64,000 nucleotides of DNA from Mariprofundaceae bacterium (GCA_030950585.1 JAUZRG010000051.1:607-64606); one strand, 5' to 3'. Shown: positions 1 through 10,887, counted from the stretch's first letter. Notes: a model not told the origin generated them from the sequence alone. Program-made: numbers and translations.

Positions 1-953
1 TTAGGCAACTGACTTTTTGCAAAAACCTGCTCAAATTCTTGACGTGCTAAAGTACCAACACCTTCACCATGAAAGCGATCCACAACCATTGCAGCTAATT
101 TCTTTTTCGCTTCCATAGGATGTATCGCTTGCACTTCTTCTAAATTAACATCACTAAGTAGTTCATAGTACTTCCACATCAACTCATCAGAAACAGACAT
201 TAATTTGCCAAATTGCTCAATAGATGTTTCGTCGATGCCAATATAATTATTGAGCGATTTAGACATTTTATTCACACCGTCTAAACCTTCGAGTAGAGGC
301 ATCGTCAACACAACTTGAGGAGGCATACCTTCAGATTCTTGCAACTGCCGTCCCATCAACAAATTAAACTTCTGATCATTACCACCCAATTCAATATCAG
401 CCTGCAATGCAACCGAATCATAACCCTGAATCAAAGGGTATAAAAACTCATGAATAGCAATAGATTTCCCGCCTTTATATCGCTTCTCAAAATCATCACG
501 TTCTAACATTCTGGCAACGGTGGTACGAGCGGCTAATTGTATTAAATCAGCTGCACTCATATCACTTAACCACTTCGAGTTAAAACACACTTCTGTTTTA
601 TCAGGATCCAATACTTTAAACACTTGTTTTTTATAGGTTTCAGCATTCTCAAGGACTTGTGATTTCGTTAAAGGAGGTCGTGTTTCATTTTTTCCTGTCG
701 GATCTCCAATCATGCCTGTAAAATCGCCAATGAGAAAAAAAACTTGATGACCACATTGTTGAAATTGCCTTAGTTTTTCCAATAAAACGGTATGGCCTAG
801 ATGCAAATCAGGAGCAGTAGGATCAAAACCAGCTTTGACACGTAAAGGCCGATCTTCTTTTACAGCTAAAGCTAACTTAGCTTCTAACCCACCCTTAGGC
901 AGAATTTCTAATGCTCCCCGAGAAAGAAGTGCAACTTGCTTCTCAATATCCAT
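1..953 (-). CDS. tyrS: Tyrosyl-tRNA synthetase, N-terminal ~317 codons (3' end runs off the window edge)
   Basis: Own minus-strand translation from the ATG at 953..951 gives [18 protein letters not shown]... It has the class I HIGH motif (PDLHLGH, near nt 810) and the KMSKS motif (NKMSKSL, near nt 260). There is no in-frame stop before nt 1, so it is absent from the ORF track. Its ATG overlaps the stop of the upstream ORF. Confidence 0.9.
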   Translation of the reverse strand, partial: MDIEKQVALLSRGALEILPKGGLEAKLALAVKEDRPLRVKAGFDPTAPDLHLGHTVLLEKLRQFQQCGHQVFFLIGDFTGMIGDPTGKNETRPPLTKSQVLENAETYKKQVFKVLDPDKTEVCFNSKWLSDMSAADLIQLAARTTVARMLERDDFEKRYKGGKSIAIHEFLYPLIQGYDSVALQADIELGGNDQKFNLLMGRQLQESEGMPPQVVLTMPLLEGLDGVNKMSKSLNNYIGIDETSIEQFGKLMSVSDELMWKYYELLSDVNLEEVQAIHPMEAKKKLAAMVVDRFHGEGVGTLARQEFEQVFAKSQLP

Positions 954-3538
954 TATTGAACCACCTTCTGAACCACTACTTGAATACCAGCAATATCCCC
1001 CTGACGATGTTCAGCCCCAGGCCAAACAGGAAAAATCTGCGCAGGAGAAACGCCTTTGTATCGAAGTAAGCGTTCTATTCTTTTTTGTGTATAGTCTATA
1101 TGTTGTTTTAACTCAGTCGTTAAGGCTTGATTTCCTAACTGAGGCTGTAAAATCACAGTTGCACGACGATCTTGCACCAAAACTTGTGCTACTTCTTTTA
1201 AACGTAATCGCTCATTGAAGGACAGCTGATCTTTTTTACTGTCTTCATGCAAACGAATTGCATGCTCCATCAGTGTTTTACGCACGACAGTATGCACACT
1301 GGAAACTTCATCTAATGTCATTTTTATACGTTCCAGAATAGATTGCCCAATAATATCTTGGCTTAACACATATTCATCTGGAATTTTTAACGGAACTTCT
1401 AACTGCCAAACATCATCCTTACTCATGCGTTGAATAATTTCTTTTAAATTAAAGCCAAGTAGACGAATAAAAGGGTCATAGCTAAAGGTACCAGAAGCAA
1501 AAATGGGTCGTTCTAACGCAAGACGTAAATTTCCGTGATACTCTTTTCTCACAGTATCACGATAAATATGCAAAAAAGCAGAGGCTCGCCCCTGTATCAA
1601 TTGAGGGATTCCTGAAAATTGTAGCCATTCATTCAGAAAAAATGGCACGACATCATCCAGCCTTACCTTAATATCAAAACGAGGCTGCTCCACAAAAGGG
1701 GAGACTGTGCCTGAGATAAGCAGATTTTCCTTAGCTATCAAACCTTCCAGCTTCAATTGCATCTGATCATGACCACCTTCGTTTTCTAAATGGATAGTCA
1801 CATCACTCAACCAAGTTGCATCTCGACGAGCAACACTCACACTACCACCCGACATATCAACAGAACCTAACTTCCAATGCTGCCAATCATACGAACTTTT
1901 TTTAGCTAAAAGATATATTGGCTCTGCAATTGGCGATAGTGCAAACTGATAATGCCAATCCTTCACTTGAATGCGACGAATAACCTGATGATCAAGACCG
2001 ATCCCCAACTGTTCCACATCTATATCTAACAATGAGGCTTGCCATTGATGGCCTGAATGCAGTATCTGTAAATCATTTACCTGCAAGCCGCCACTTAAAC
2101 GCACCTTATGATCCGTTGCTTTAAGCTTCATTTTCAGATCAACACGCCCCTGAAGTTCAGTACGACCTTTCTTATCTGTATACCAAACTTGAGATAATAA
2201 AGGTCTAAACTGAGGTAGAGGAGCTTTTTGAACATCAATCGAAGCAACTAATAATGGTTTAACCACATTCCAAGAGCCATCAACCGACCACTCACCTTCC
2301 GCAGACTCATGTGTGACATCAAAATGTAAGACATCATCTTTAAAAGACCCCTTACCCGAGAAAGTCGGTAATGTGACCTTTCCCTCAGGCAGCTGCGCAA
2401 GCAGTGTCAATTCATTAACATCAATAAAATTAACTTCACTTGCACGCTTCACCTCAGCTAGTAACGACTGTGGTTCTGAAAAGACATCAGGAGTCACCGT
2501 TAAGTGAGCCTGATTTAACCAAATCTTAGAGCTACCCACGAACGCATTCGATAATGTTAACTGCTCAGTTCGAACCGAGGAAAAAAACCATTTATTGTTT
2601 TGCGTATCATGAAGTTCAAGTTGCGCGAGTGTTAAATCATCGCTTTTTAATAAAAAATATTTCCCTTCCTCTTTCCATTCAACATGAAATAGCCCAGTAA
2701 TCCGACCGTTTGTTACTTTTCTACCTAAAAAAGGGGGTACATAGTTAATAAAAGGTGATATCTGGAAGTTTGCACTATCAAAAGCAATTTTCCACTTACC
2801 TTTTTGGTGTTCTCCTTCAATTTTTAAAACCCCTGAATCACCTTCAAGCTTTCCATAAAAAGATGACCCATCAGAAACATCATCAACCGACTTCCAATGC
2901 AATTGACCATTGCTTTTAAAGGTTAATATTTTATCGAAATCAAAGGGTACCAAAAGATTTGAAATATCCGTATTATGCCAACGTAAACTTAAGGAAGAAA
3001 AGTGATCATCAACCCAAAGCCCTTCCAACCAACATTTTCCAGAACCCATAGAAAAAGAAGCTTTAAGCTTTTTCTCTTTTGTCTTTAACGTTACAACGCT
3101 TAAATCCACATCTTGTAACCATGTCTTTTTTGCAAGGTAGACTTCAGCCTGTTCTAACTTAAGTTGTGATACCTTGGGCAATAAAAAAGAAATATCTTTA
3201 ACTAGAAACATAGGCTTATTATCAGGTAAAGCCACTTGTAAACCTTTAAAAACAATGGACTTTAATTGCTCTGTATCCACATGGTCAAGCTGTACTTGTA
3301 CCTGTGTGGCATTGAAACGAATCTTCTTCCAATTAAAGTTTAATTTTTTAAGATTGAGTTGATCTCGTAAAACATGATATGAATGACTTTTAACTTGGGC
3401 ATGATTATTTTCCAACCACTGAGAAAGGTACGTCTCAACTTGTGCATCAGCCTCTTTTTCGACCTGAATATCCAAATAAAAAAGACTGAACATACATAGA
3501 ATAATCGTAACAATATAAATTTTCCAGCGATAAATCAC
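953..3538 (-). CDS. Large (861 aa) N-terminally membrane-anchored protein of unknown function; possibly AsmA/DUF748-like
   Basis: Uninterrupted 861-codon ORF with one N-terminal hydrophobic helix ([16 protein letters not shown]) and a long beta-rich body with no catalytic motif I recognise. Its start overlaps the rnfG stop by 4 nt and its stop overlaps the tyrS ATG. The family assignment is a guess from overall architecture. Confidence 0.6.
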   Translation of the reverse strand: MIYRWKIYIVTIILCMFSLFYLDIQVEKEADAQVETYLSQWLENNHAQVKSHSYHVLRDQLNLKKLNFNWKKIRFNATQVQVQLDHVDTEQLKSIVFKGLQVALPDNKPMFLVKDISFLLPKVSQLKLEQAEVYLAKKTWLQDVDLSVVTLKTKEKKLKASFSMGSGKCWLEGLWVDDHFSSLSLRWHNTDISNLLVPFDFDKILTFKSNGQLHWKSVDDVSDGSSFYGKLEGDSGVLKIEGEHQKGKWKIAFDSANFQISPFINYVPPFLGRKVTNGRITGLFHVEWKEEGKYFLLKSDDLTLAQLELHDTQNNKWFFSSVRTEQLTLSNAFVGSSKIWLNQAHLTVTPDVFSEPQSLLAEVKRASEVNFIDVNELTLLAQLPEGKVTLPTFSGKGSFKDDVLHFDVTHESAEGEWSVDGSWNVVKPLLVASIDVQKAPLPQFRPLLSQVWYTDKKGRTELQGRVDLKMKLKATDHKVRLSGGLQVNDLQILHSGHQWQASLLDIDVEQLGIGLDHQVIRRIQVKDWHYQFALSPIAEPIYLLAKKSSYDWQHWKLGSVDMSGGSVSVARRDATWLSDVTIHLENEGGHDQMQLKLEGLIAKENLLISGTVSPFVEQPRFDIKVRLDDVVPFFLNEWLQFSGIPQLIQGRASAFLHIYRDTVRKEYHGNLRLALERPIFASGTFSYDPFIRLLGFNLKEIIQRMSKDDVWQLEVPLKIPDEYVLSQDIIGQSILERIKMTLDEVSSVHTVVRKTLMEHAIRLHEDSKKDQLSFNERLRLKEVAQVLVQDRRATVILQPQLGNQALTTELKQHIDYTQKRIERLLRYKGVSPAQIFPVWPGAEHRQGDIAGIQVVVQKVVQ

Positions 3539-4161
3539 TGCGTGGAAGCAATTTTAGCCTGTTCTGACAAGGCTTTCTTTTGCAATGCTTTTTGATTTTT
3601 TTGAAAAACAACCAGTGCACGTTGAACCGCATGCACCACCGCTCGTGGTGTAATGGTCGCTCCCGTGAACTGATCAAAATCACCGCCATCTTTTTTTACG
3701 TTCCAATGTGTTGACACCAGATCTTTGCCCGCGAAGGCATTAAGCCACACCTGATCATCCACAATACCATCACCTAAACCGGGAGTTTCTCGATGCTCAA
3801 TCACACGCATAGCCACAAGCTTAGCAAACACATCCACAGCAACAATCATATGAATTTTTCCTGCATAACCATCAGGTGCGACTATTTGCCAAGCCAAAGC
3901 TTGCAGCTCGCCTTTCTGATTAAAAGCAGGGTAAAAACGTGTCGGTTTATCTGATAATGTATAGTCAAAAGAATCTTGCATGGCATCATTATCATGTATT
4001 GGCAAAACTTGGCCAAGCAAAGTCAACATCGCAGCTTTTCTTGCCTCTTGAATGGGGGCACGCGTTAATTGTTCTGTAAAACCCAAGGCCAAAGTCGCCA
4101 CTGTTGCAACGGCGACAAGTGCAAATATCATTTTTCGCACTTCTTTAGAATCAATTTCCAT
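3535..4161 (-). CDS. rnfG: Rnf/Rsx electron transport complex subunit G (FMN-binding)
   Basis: 208 aa with an N-terminal TM helix and an FMN-attachment-type motif (FTGATITPRAV). It sits directly after rnfD. The start could be the internal Met at ~4131. Confidence 0.85.
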   Translation of the reverse strand: MEIDSKEVRKMIFALVAVATVATLALGFTEQLTRAPIQEARKAAMLTLLGQVLPIHDNDAMQDSFDYTLSDKPTRFYPAFNQKGELQALAWQIVAPDGYAGKIHMIVAVDVFAKLVAMRVIEHRETPGLGDGIVDDQVWLNAFAGKDLVSTHWNVKKDGGDFDQFTGATITPRAVVHAVQRALVVFQKNQKALQKKALSEQAKIASTQ

Positions 4162-4192
4162 ACGAACTCCTGATCATAAGTAAGCTTTCACT

Positions 4193-5227
4193 TTAACGTC
4201 CGTACACACGAGGCCGACAGTAATGATCAATCAAAGGAACAGCACAGTTCATCACCACGACAGCAAACATCGCCCCTTCAGGGTAGTTGGCATAAGTCCT
4301 GATACACCATGTGATCACACCGCAACCGATACCAAAAACAAGTTGACCAATAGGGGTCACTGGTGATGTCACAGGATCTGTTGCCATAAAAAAGGCACAT
4401 AAAACCAAGCCACCTGCCAACACATGAAAAAGAGCGGGCGCATATCTATCAGGTTCAATCAAGTTAAAAACCGTGGCCAATAAAGCAACCGTTAAAATAT
4501 AAGCAGTAGGAATATGCCAGCTAATTAGGTTTCGACCCAACAACAAAGCAGCTCCCAACAAAATAGCGAGCACAGAAGTTTCACCTAAGCTCCCCGCTTC
4601 TAAGCCGATAAAAGCTTGCCACGGTTGGTATTGATAACTGGCCAAAGCCTCGCTCACTGTTTGCTGTTGTGTGAGGGCGGTCTTAACATGACCTAAGGGT
4701 GTGGCCATGCTCACTGCATCAAAAGCACTTGCTGAAACACCTGTAAAAAAGACCTGCCAACAAGCACTAAAATCATAAAAGTTAATAGCAGCTTGCTCTA
4801 ATGGCATAGGAATTGCCCATGATGTCATATAAACAGGAAATGAAATCAATAAAATGATGCGTGCCGTTAGTGCGGGGTTAAAAGGGTTATAGCCTAAACC
4901 ACCGTAAAGCTGTTTTCCTAAGACAATAGCTAAAGCTGAACCTAAAATAGCCATCCACCAAGGAACTAAAACTGGTAAGACTAAGCCGACAAATAAACCC
5001 GTTAAAGCCGCCGAACCATCTAAAAGCGAACGTTTACGTCGATCCATGAGCTTCAAACAAATATATTCGCTCAGCACACTACTTAGAATACAGCATGTTA
5101 AAACCAAGCATGCCAACCAACCAAAAAGATAAACACTCATAAACGTTGCTGGCATTAAGGCAAGGATCACCGTCAACATTTGCTTACGAATGCTATCACC
5201 ACCATGGATATGAGGAGAACTAAACAT
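4193..5227 (-). CDS. rnfD: Rnf/Rsx electron transport complex subunit D
   Basis: 344-aa polytopic membrane protein with the conserved FMATDPVTSP segment typical of RnfD/NqrB. It lies between rnfC and rnfG. Confidence 0.9.
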   Translation of the reverse strand: MFSSPHIHGGDSIRKQMLTVILALMPATFMSVYLFGWLACLVLTCCILSSVLSEYICLKLMDRRKRSLLDGSAALTGLFVGLVLPVLVPWWMAILGSALAIVLGKQLYGGLGYNPFNPALTARIILLISFPVYMTSWAIPMPLEQAAINFYDFSACWQVFFTGVSASAFDAVSMATPLGHVKTALTQQQTVSEALASYQYQPWQAFIGLEAGSLGETSVLAILLGAALLLGRNLISWHIPTAYILTVALLATVFNLIEPDRYAPALFHVLAGGLVLCAFFMATDPVTSPVTPIGQLVFGIGCGVITWCIRTYANYPEGAMFAVVVMNCAVPLIDHYCRPRVYGR

Positions 5228-6696
5228 TATTTTTCTTCCAATGCTTTCTGTTTTGCCAAGACTTTGGCTCTTCGTGCTGCTCTAGCTTCTTTTTCTTTTT
5301 CAATACGCTGTAAATGTGCTTCAGAGCGTTGACGAGACTCTTCTGAAAATTTTTGTTCACGCGCTTGCTGTGCAACCATGCCTTTGGCATAACGAAAGTG
5401 CTGAACCAAGGGAATATGAGAAGGGCACACATAAGAGCAACATCCACATTCAATACAATCAAATAAATGATAAGCTTGTGCGCGTTCGGTATCGTCATGT
5501 TTGCAATGCGATGCAAGTTCATTAGGAACCAACTTCACAGGACACACTTGAACGCAGTGACCACAATGAATACAAGGATCTGGTTGTTCATGTGATTTTT
5601 CAAATTCTGCCGTATGCCAAGCCAAAAGCCCTGTGGTCGACTTCACCGCAGGAACATGCAAATTAGGCAGAAGCTCACCCATCATCGGCCCACCATGAAT
5701 CACTTTCACTTCGCTTAAGTCAGTTAAGCCATGTTGTGATAAAATAAAGCTTAAATCTGTACCAATACGAACCAAACTATTTCCGCGCCGTGGCGTTTGA
5801 GGACCGCTGATTGTCACCACACGCTCAGTTAATGACTTACCCAAAACGACAGCATCATAAATACTTTTAACCGTCCCAATATTTTGGCATAACACACCAA
5901 TATGCAAGGGTAGTTTACCCGCAGGAACTTCTTTTCCTGTGACCACTTGTATGAGCTGTTTCTCACCACCTTGGGGGTAACGTGTGGGTAAGATTCTCAC
6001 TTCCATATCTTGGGAAAAATCTGCAATACACTGCTGAATATTCAGTGCTGCATCAGGCTTATTGCTTTCAATTGCAATAATACCCTTCTTCGCTCCCACC
6101 ACATGCATGAGAATATCTAAACCTTCCACGATCTGTTGGCCGTGCTCCAGCATGAGGCGATGGTCATTGGTTAACCACGGCTCACATTCAACACCATTTA
6201 AAATAACGGTATGCACAGGAAATTCATCATCTCGACGATGCTTGATAAAGGCAGGAAAGCCCGCGCCACCCAAACCTGTAATCCCAGCCATGCGAACTTG
6301 CTCACGAATCAATACGGGATCGATGTTTCTATAGTCTGCCAAACAAGGCATTTTTTTTTCTTCATCCAAACCATCAGCTTCAATAAATAAGCTCAACATG
6401 CCTAAGCCCGAAGGATGAGGAATTGGGTTATCAGCAATTTTTCTTACAATACCAGAGGTTGGTGCGTGAATCGGCGCATGCACATAAGCTTGGCTACGTG
6501 CCACTTTTTGCCCACGCAACACACGATCACCCACCGCTACTAAAGGCACACATTCCTGACCAATATGCTGCTTCATGGGTAAAATATATTGCTCGCTTAA
6601 AGCTAAGCGTTGAATCGGACAGTTGGCTGTTTCCTTCCATTCAACAGGTTGAATACCCCCGTGAAATTTTGCACGAAACCGATCAAAAAGATTCAT
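5227..6696 (-). CDS. rnfC: Rnf/Rsx electron transport complex subunit C (2x[4Fe-4S], NADH/FMN-binding)
   Basis: 489 aa with two ferredoxin motifs (CIHCGHCVQVCP and CIECGCCSYVCP), a GLGGAGFP nucleotide-binding segment and a Lys/Glu-rich tail. Confidence 0.92.
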   Translation of the reverse strand: MNLFDRFRAKFHGGIQPVEWKETANCPIQRLALSEQYILPMKQHIGQECVPLVAVGDRVLRGQKVARSQAYVHAPIHAPTSGIVRKIADNPIPHPSGLGMLSLFIEADGLDEEKKMPCLADYRNIDPVLIREQVRMAGITGLGGAGFPAFIKHRRDDEFPVHTVILNGVECEPWLTNDHRLMLEHGQQIVEGLDILMHVVGAKKGIIAIESNKPDAALNIQQCIADFSQDMEVRILPTRYPQGGEKQLIQVVTGKEVPAGKLPLHIGVLCQNIGTVKSIYDAVVLGKSLTERVVTISGPQTPRRGNSLVRIGTDLSFILSQHGLTDLSEVKVIHGGPMMGELLPNLHVPAVKSTTGLLAWHTAEFEKSHEQPDPCIHCGHCVQVCPVKLVPNELASHCKHDDTERAQAYHLFDCIECGCCSYVCPSHIPLVQHFRYAKGMVAQQAREQKFSEESRQRSEAHLQRIEKEKEARAARRAKVLAKQKALEEK

Positions 6697-7268
6697 GTTT
6701 CTACCTTACCTCCACGCTTTTGCCTTGTTTTATTCGGACGAACGGCGCGCCAGCTCCACTGAGCCAACTGCTTAGGTGGCTCAACCATATCAATACAATC
6801 CACAGGGCAAGGTTCAACACATAAATCACAACCTGTGCACTGATCCGCAATCACGGTATGGAACTGTTTCGCAGCACCAACAATCGCATCCACAGGGCAT
6901 GCTTTAATGCAAAGCGTACAACCAATACATTCATCTTCACGAATCACAGCCAAACGAGGCCCAAGGTCTTCTGCATCCATTTGGGAAGCTTCCACACCCA
7001 TTAAGTCGGCAATCTTTTTCATAGTACGATCACCACCAGGGACGCACTGATTGACTTCGGCTTCCCCCTTCACAACGGCAGTTGCATAAGGGCGGCAACC
7101 AGGAAAACTGCACTGTCCACACTGTGTTTGTGGCAACAAATCATTGACACTTTCAACCAGAGGATCGCCCTCAACATGAAACTTTTTAGAGGCATACGCC
7201 AACACACCCGCAATAACCAAAGCCATGCAGGCGACCACGACAGCAGCAATCAACACATCAACTATCAC
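6693..7268 (-). CDS. rnfB: Rnf/Rsx electron transport complex subunit B (polyferredoxin)
   Basis: 191 aa with an N-terminal TM helix, a CGQCSFPGC cluster, then CIGCTLCIKACP and CTGCDLCVEPCP motifs. It overlaps rnfC by 4 nt. Confidence 0.9.
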   Translation of the reverse strand: MIVDVLIAAVVVACMALVIAGVLAYASKKFHVEGDPLVESVNDLLPQTQCGQCSFPGCRPYATAVVKGEAEVNQCVPGGDRTMKKIADLMGVEASQMDAEDLGPRLAVIREDECIGCTLCIKACPVDAIVGAAKQFHTVIADQCTGCDLCVEPCPVDCIDMVEPPKQLAQWSWRAVRPNKTRQKRGGKVET

Positions 7269-7849
7269 TAAACTTTCACCAATCCTGTAAAGCCAATAAA
7301 AGCTAACGACATAATACCAGCTGTTAATAACGAAATAGCGGAACCCCTAAAAGTTGCAGGTACAGGCGCGCGATCGACACGTTCACGTAAGCCTGCAAAT
7401 AGAATCAAAACCAAGGCAAAACCCAACGCAGCACTAAAGCCATAAAAAACCGAAGTCATAAAATCATGTTCTTTCTTAATATTCAGTAAAGCCACGCCAA
7501 GAACTGCACAATTCGTTGTAATTAAAGGTAAAAATATACCTAGTGCTTGATAAAGAAGAGGACTGTTTTTATGAATTAACATCTCAACGAACTGAACCAG
7601 TGCAGCAATCATCAAGATAAAGGTCAGAGTTTGTAGGTATTCCATATCCAATGGTTGCAAAATATATTGATTCACCAACCAAGAGGCTGTCGAGGCCAAT
7701 GTCATCACAAAAAGAACAGCGAAAGACATACCAACAGCTGTCTCCACTTTATTGGATACACCAAGAAAAGGACAAATACCTAAAAACTGTCCTAGAACAT
7801 AATTATTAACTAGAACGGTAGAAACTAGAATCAACATCACTTCTGTCAT
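7268..7849 (-). CDS. rnfA: Rnf/Rsx electron transport complex subunit A
   Basis: Polytopic membrane protein. [28 protein letters not shown]... and ...[14 protein letters not shown] match the RnfA/RsxA pattern. The start was moved to the ATG at 7849 because it aligns with RsxA N-termini; the ORF-track start at 7885 adds 12 residues that are not conserved. Confidence 0.9.
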   Translation of the reverse strand: MTEVMLILVSTVLVNNYVLGQFLGICPFLGVSNKVETAVGMSFAVLFVMTLASTASWLVNQYILQPLDMEYLQTLTFILMIAALVQFVEMLIHKNSPLLYQALGIFLPLITTNCAVLGVALLNIKKEHDFMTSVFYGFSAALGFALVLILFAGLRERVDRAPVPATFRGSAISLLTAGIMSLAFIGFTGLVKV

Positions 7850-7956
7850 CGGCGAAGTATAAGCAGTGCAATCAAGATGATACAATAATTGACAAAAACA
7901 CTAGGTCTTTATCAAACTTCGTTTTCATCTAAAATTGAATACAAAGAGAGAGCCTT

Positions 7957-9024
7957 ATGATTGTTGAACAACAGGTCTTAGACGCACTTCGCGTTATTAT
8001 TGATCCCGATCTAAATCAAAACATCGTGGAGTTAGGTTTTGTAAAAGACATCTGCATCGAAAAAGAAAAGGTGAGCTGCACCATTGAACTCACCACACCA
8101 GCTTGCCCCATCAAAGAGCAGTTTCGCCAACAAGCGCATGATCTTCTCATCGCACTTCCTAACATCAGTCATGTTAATATCAATATGACTGCACAAGTAC
8201 GCCAAGCACCATCAAAAAAAGCCATTCAGGGTATCAAAAATATCATTGCAGTTGCTTCAGGAAAAGGTGGTGTTGGTAAATCCACCACAGCAGTCAACAC
8301 AGCCATCGCATTGGCGCAAACAGGCGCGAAAGTGGGACTACTTGATGCTGATATTTACGGGCCATCCATACCGCATATGATGGGGCTTCAACATGAAAAA
8401 CCAAGCACTTCAGAAAAACAGTTACAGCCACTGCACAACTACGGCATTGCCACCATGTCCATCGGTTATCTTGTGGATGAATCTGATGCCATGATTTGGC
8501 GTGGCCCTATGGTCTCAGGTGCAGTCATGCAACTTATTCAAGATGTTGCATGGGGCGAATTGGACTACCTCATCATCGATTTACCACCTGGAACAGGGGA
8601 TATTCACCTCACATTGGTGCAAAAAATCCCTTTGTCAGCTGCCTTGATTGTCACAACACCACAAAAAATTGCTTTACTGGATTGCGCCAGAGGCATCGCC
8701 ATGTTTAATAAAGTTAAAGTACCAGTATTGGGTATTGTTGAAAACATGAGCGAATTTATTTGCCCTCACTGCAACAAAGGAAGTCATATTTTCTCTTCAA
8801 AGGGTGCTGAAGAACTTGCAAAACAACATCAAGTTTCAATTTTAGGCCACATTCCACTTGACCTTAAGATAAGAGAAAGCAGCGACAATGGCATACCCAT
8901 TACCGCGCAAGATCCTCATGCAAGTCAAAGTAAAATCTACCAAAGTATTGCTGGAAAAGCCGCATCAGTACTAAGCACCATTCATGCAAAAAAAGCACGC
9001 CAAATTCCTATTATCAGTGTGTAA
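7957..9024 (+). CDS. apbC: Fe-S cluster carrier ATPase Mrp/ApbC (DUF59 + P-loop NTPase)
   Basis: 355 aa with an N-terminal DUF59-like segment (VIIDPDLNQNIVELGFV), a deviant Walker A (SGKGGVGKST) and a CPHC motif. Confidence 0.9.
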   Translation: MIVEQQVLDALRVIIDPDLNQNIVELGFVKDICIEKEKVSCTIELTTPACPIKEQFRQQAHDLLIALPNISHVNINMTAQVRQAPSKKAIQGIKNIIAVASGKGGVGKSTTAVNTAIALAQTGAKVGLLDADIYGPSIPHMMGLQHEKPSTSEKQLQPLHNYGIATMSIGYLVDESDAMIWRGPMVSGAVMQLIQDVAWGELDYLIIDLPPGTGDIHLTLVQKIPLSAALIVTTPQKIALLDCARGIAMFNKVKVPVLGIVENMSEFICPHCNKGSHIFSSKGAEELAKQHQVSILGHIPLDLKIRESSDNGIPITAQDPHASQSKIYQSIAGKAASVLSTIHAKKARQIPIISV

Positions 9025-9091
9025 TACCAGAAAAAGTGACGAAACATCATAGCTAGGCTAAAATATGTTTCGTATACTTCATCTTTAAGGA

Positions 9092-10681
9092 ATGGATACT
9101 GCTATGAAACATAATGTTAAACACCTTATCCAAAGGATAAAACTACTCAATGAAATCGGTCTTTCCTTATCGACTGAACGGGATCATGCCTCTCTCATGG
9201 AGAAAATTTTGCTGGGTGCCAAGGAAATCACCCATGCAGATGCAGGGACCTTATACATCTTAACACCTGAGAGAACATTAGAATTTGTTGTAGTTCATAC
9301 AACAAGCCTCAATTACCATATGGGCGGCACCAGCCCTAAGCCCGTTAGTTTTGCTGCTATCCCATTGGAAAAAGAAAATGGTGAAGCTAACGATACTTTA
9401 GTCGCTGTTTATACGGCTCTTTATGGTAAAACAGTTAATGTTGAAGATGTCGGAGAAAACAAGCAGTTTGATTTTTCTGGTGCCCACGCCTTTGACAAGA
9501 AAACGGGTTATACTTCTGTATCTTTTTTGAGCATTCCGATGGTGAACCATGAAGGCGATATTATCGGTGTTCTTCAGCTTTTAAATGCTCAAAACAATGA
9601 CAATCAGATCATTGCTTTTGATCATGAAAGTCAGCAGTTTACAGAGTCACTAGCATCCCAAGCAGCGATAGCTTTAAGCAATAAATATTTAATCGAAGAA
9701 ATGCGAGAGCTTTTTGAATCTTTTATCCGTCTAATGGCTAAAGCCATTGATGAAAAGTCACCACACACTGGAGAACATTGCCGTCGTGTTCCCAAGTTAA
9801 CACTGATGCTGGCTGATGCCGCAACAAAAAGTGACTTATTACCTGACTTCTCACTAGATGAAAAAGAACGTTATGAACTTGAGATTTCAAGTTGGCTTCA
9901 TGACTGTGGGAAAGTCACCTCACCTGTTCACATCATTGAAAAATCAAAGAAACTACAAACCATCTTTGATCGCATTCAACTTGTGGAGCAACGCTTCGAG
10001 CTCATAAAGCGCGATACTGAAATTCAATATTTAAAAGCATGTATTGACACACCACATCAGCAAGCAGAGCTCAAAGAAATATGGATAAACACAACAAAAC
10101 AACAAGAAAGCGACTTTTGTTTTTTAAAAACATGCAATACAGGTAGTGAATACACCACACCAGAGACAATCCAAAGAATTCAACATATTGCCCAAAGATG
10201 GCAATGGACGAACAACCAAGGTCAACAACAAACCATTCTGACAAAGGATGAGGTCAAAAATTTAAGTATCGTAAAAGGAACGCTCACAACAGAAGAGCGC
10301 CAACTGATGAATAACCACATTAATGTGACCATTGAAATGTTAGAGTCTTTACCTTTTCCTAAACATTTAAAGCGGGTGGCTCAATATGCAGGCGCGCACC
10401 ATGAACGCGTAGATGGCAAAGGCTTTCCATATGGACTCAAAGGAGAGACTTTTCCAATTCCTTCTCGCATCATGGCTATCGCAGATGTTTTTGAGGCTTT
10501 AACTTCAAGTGACCGACCTTATAAGAAAGCGATGCCGCTTTCAAAGTCAATTGAAATCCTTACTTCTATGGCGTCTACAGGACATATCGATCCAAATATT
10601 TTTCAAGTGTTCATGCAAGAGAAGGTCTATCTGGAATATGCACATGCTTACCTTGATACCGAACAGATTGATATTGATTAA
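9092..10681 (+). CDS. GAF-domain HD-GYP phosphodiesterase (cyclic-di-GMP type)
   Basis: 529 aa with an N-terminal GAF-like region, an HD motif (WLHDCGKV) and an HHERVDGKGFPYGL (HD-GYP) signature. Confidence 0.85.
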   Translation: MDTAMKHNVKHLIQRIKLLNEIGLSLSTERDHASLMEKILLGAKEITHADAGTLYILTPERTLEFVVVHTTSLNYHMGGTSPKPVSFAAIPLEKENGEANDTLVAVYTALYGKTVNVEDVGENKQFDFSGAHAFDKKTGYTSVSFLSIPMVNHEGDIIGVLQLLNAQNNDNQIIAFDHESQQFTESLASQAAIALSNKYLIEEMRELFESFIRLMAKAIDEKSPHTGEHCRRVPKLTLMLADAATKSDLLPDFSLDEKERYELEISSWLHDCGKVTSPVHIIEKSKKLQTIFDRIQLVEQRFELIKRDTEIQYLKACIDTPHQQAELKEIWINTTKQQESDFCFLKTCNTGSEYTTPETIQRIQHIAQRWQWTNNQGQQQTILTKDEVKNLSIVKGTLTTEERQLMNNHINVTIEMLESLPFPKHLKRVAQYAGAHHERVDGKGFPYGLKGETFPIPSRIMAIADVFEALTSSDRPYKKAMPLSKSIEILTSMASTGHIDPNIFQVFMQEKVYLEYAHAYLDTEQIDID

Positions 10682-10718
10682 ATCAGCCTCGCATTCCACG
10701 CCCGCACAGGAGATTAAC

Positions 10719-10871
10719 ATGGTACCACAACTAAAATTATTCATCGCATTATTATTCATCGCATTCATCGCAATCTCACCAACAATGGCTAGCAGCCATA
10801 TGATCACACATAGTGATGATAGCAGCTCTTCTGATGAAAGTAGCTCAGGAGAAGATAACGACTCTCACTAA
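10719..10871 (+). CDS. Small secreted acidic Ser/Asp-rich peptide (50 aa precursor)
   Basis: The ATG at 10719 follows an AGGAGA Shine-Dalgarno at 10709..10714. The N-terminus is signal-peptide-like (MVPQLKLFIALLFIAFIAISPTMA) and the mature part is SSHMITHSDDSSSSDESSSGEDNDSH. An intrinsic terminator lies 17 nt downstream. In the ORF track it is the 3' part of 10509..10871. Confidence 0.55.
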   Translation: MVPQLKLFIALLFIAFIAISPTMASSHMITHSDDSSSSDESSSGEDNDSH

Positions 10872-10887
10872 TACACACATCAACCCA

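Noticed and set aside
835-1218. A 127-aa plus-strand ORF spanning the junction between tyrS and the 861-aa gene
   Set aside because: It is antisense to two strongly supported minus-strand genes, has no recognisable motifs, and is typical of a spurious ORF in AT-rich DNA.
5220-5522. A 100-aa minus-strand ORF overlapping the rnfC 3' end and the rnfD start
   Set aside because: It is an alternative frame of the rnfC Lys/Glu-rich tail region. The rnfC frame carries the conserved Fe-S motifs, and this frame has none.
9038-9075. An inverted repeat ACGAAACAT ... ATGTTTCGT between apbC and the HD-GYP gene
   Set aside because: The 9-bp stem has a 17-nt loop and no U-tract. That is too weak to call a terminator or operator without comparative data.
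10730-10775. Short direct repeats (TTCATCGCA, three copies) in the small peptide gene
   Set aside because: They are explained by the repeated Phe-Ile-Ala codons of the signal-peptide hydrophobic core, not by an independent DNA repeat element.
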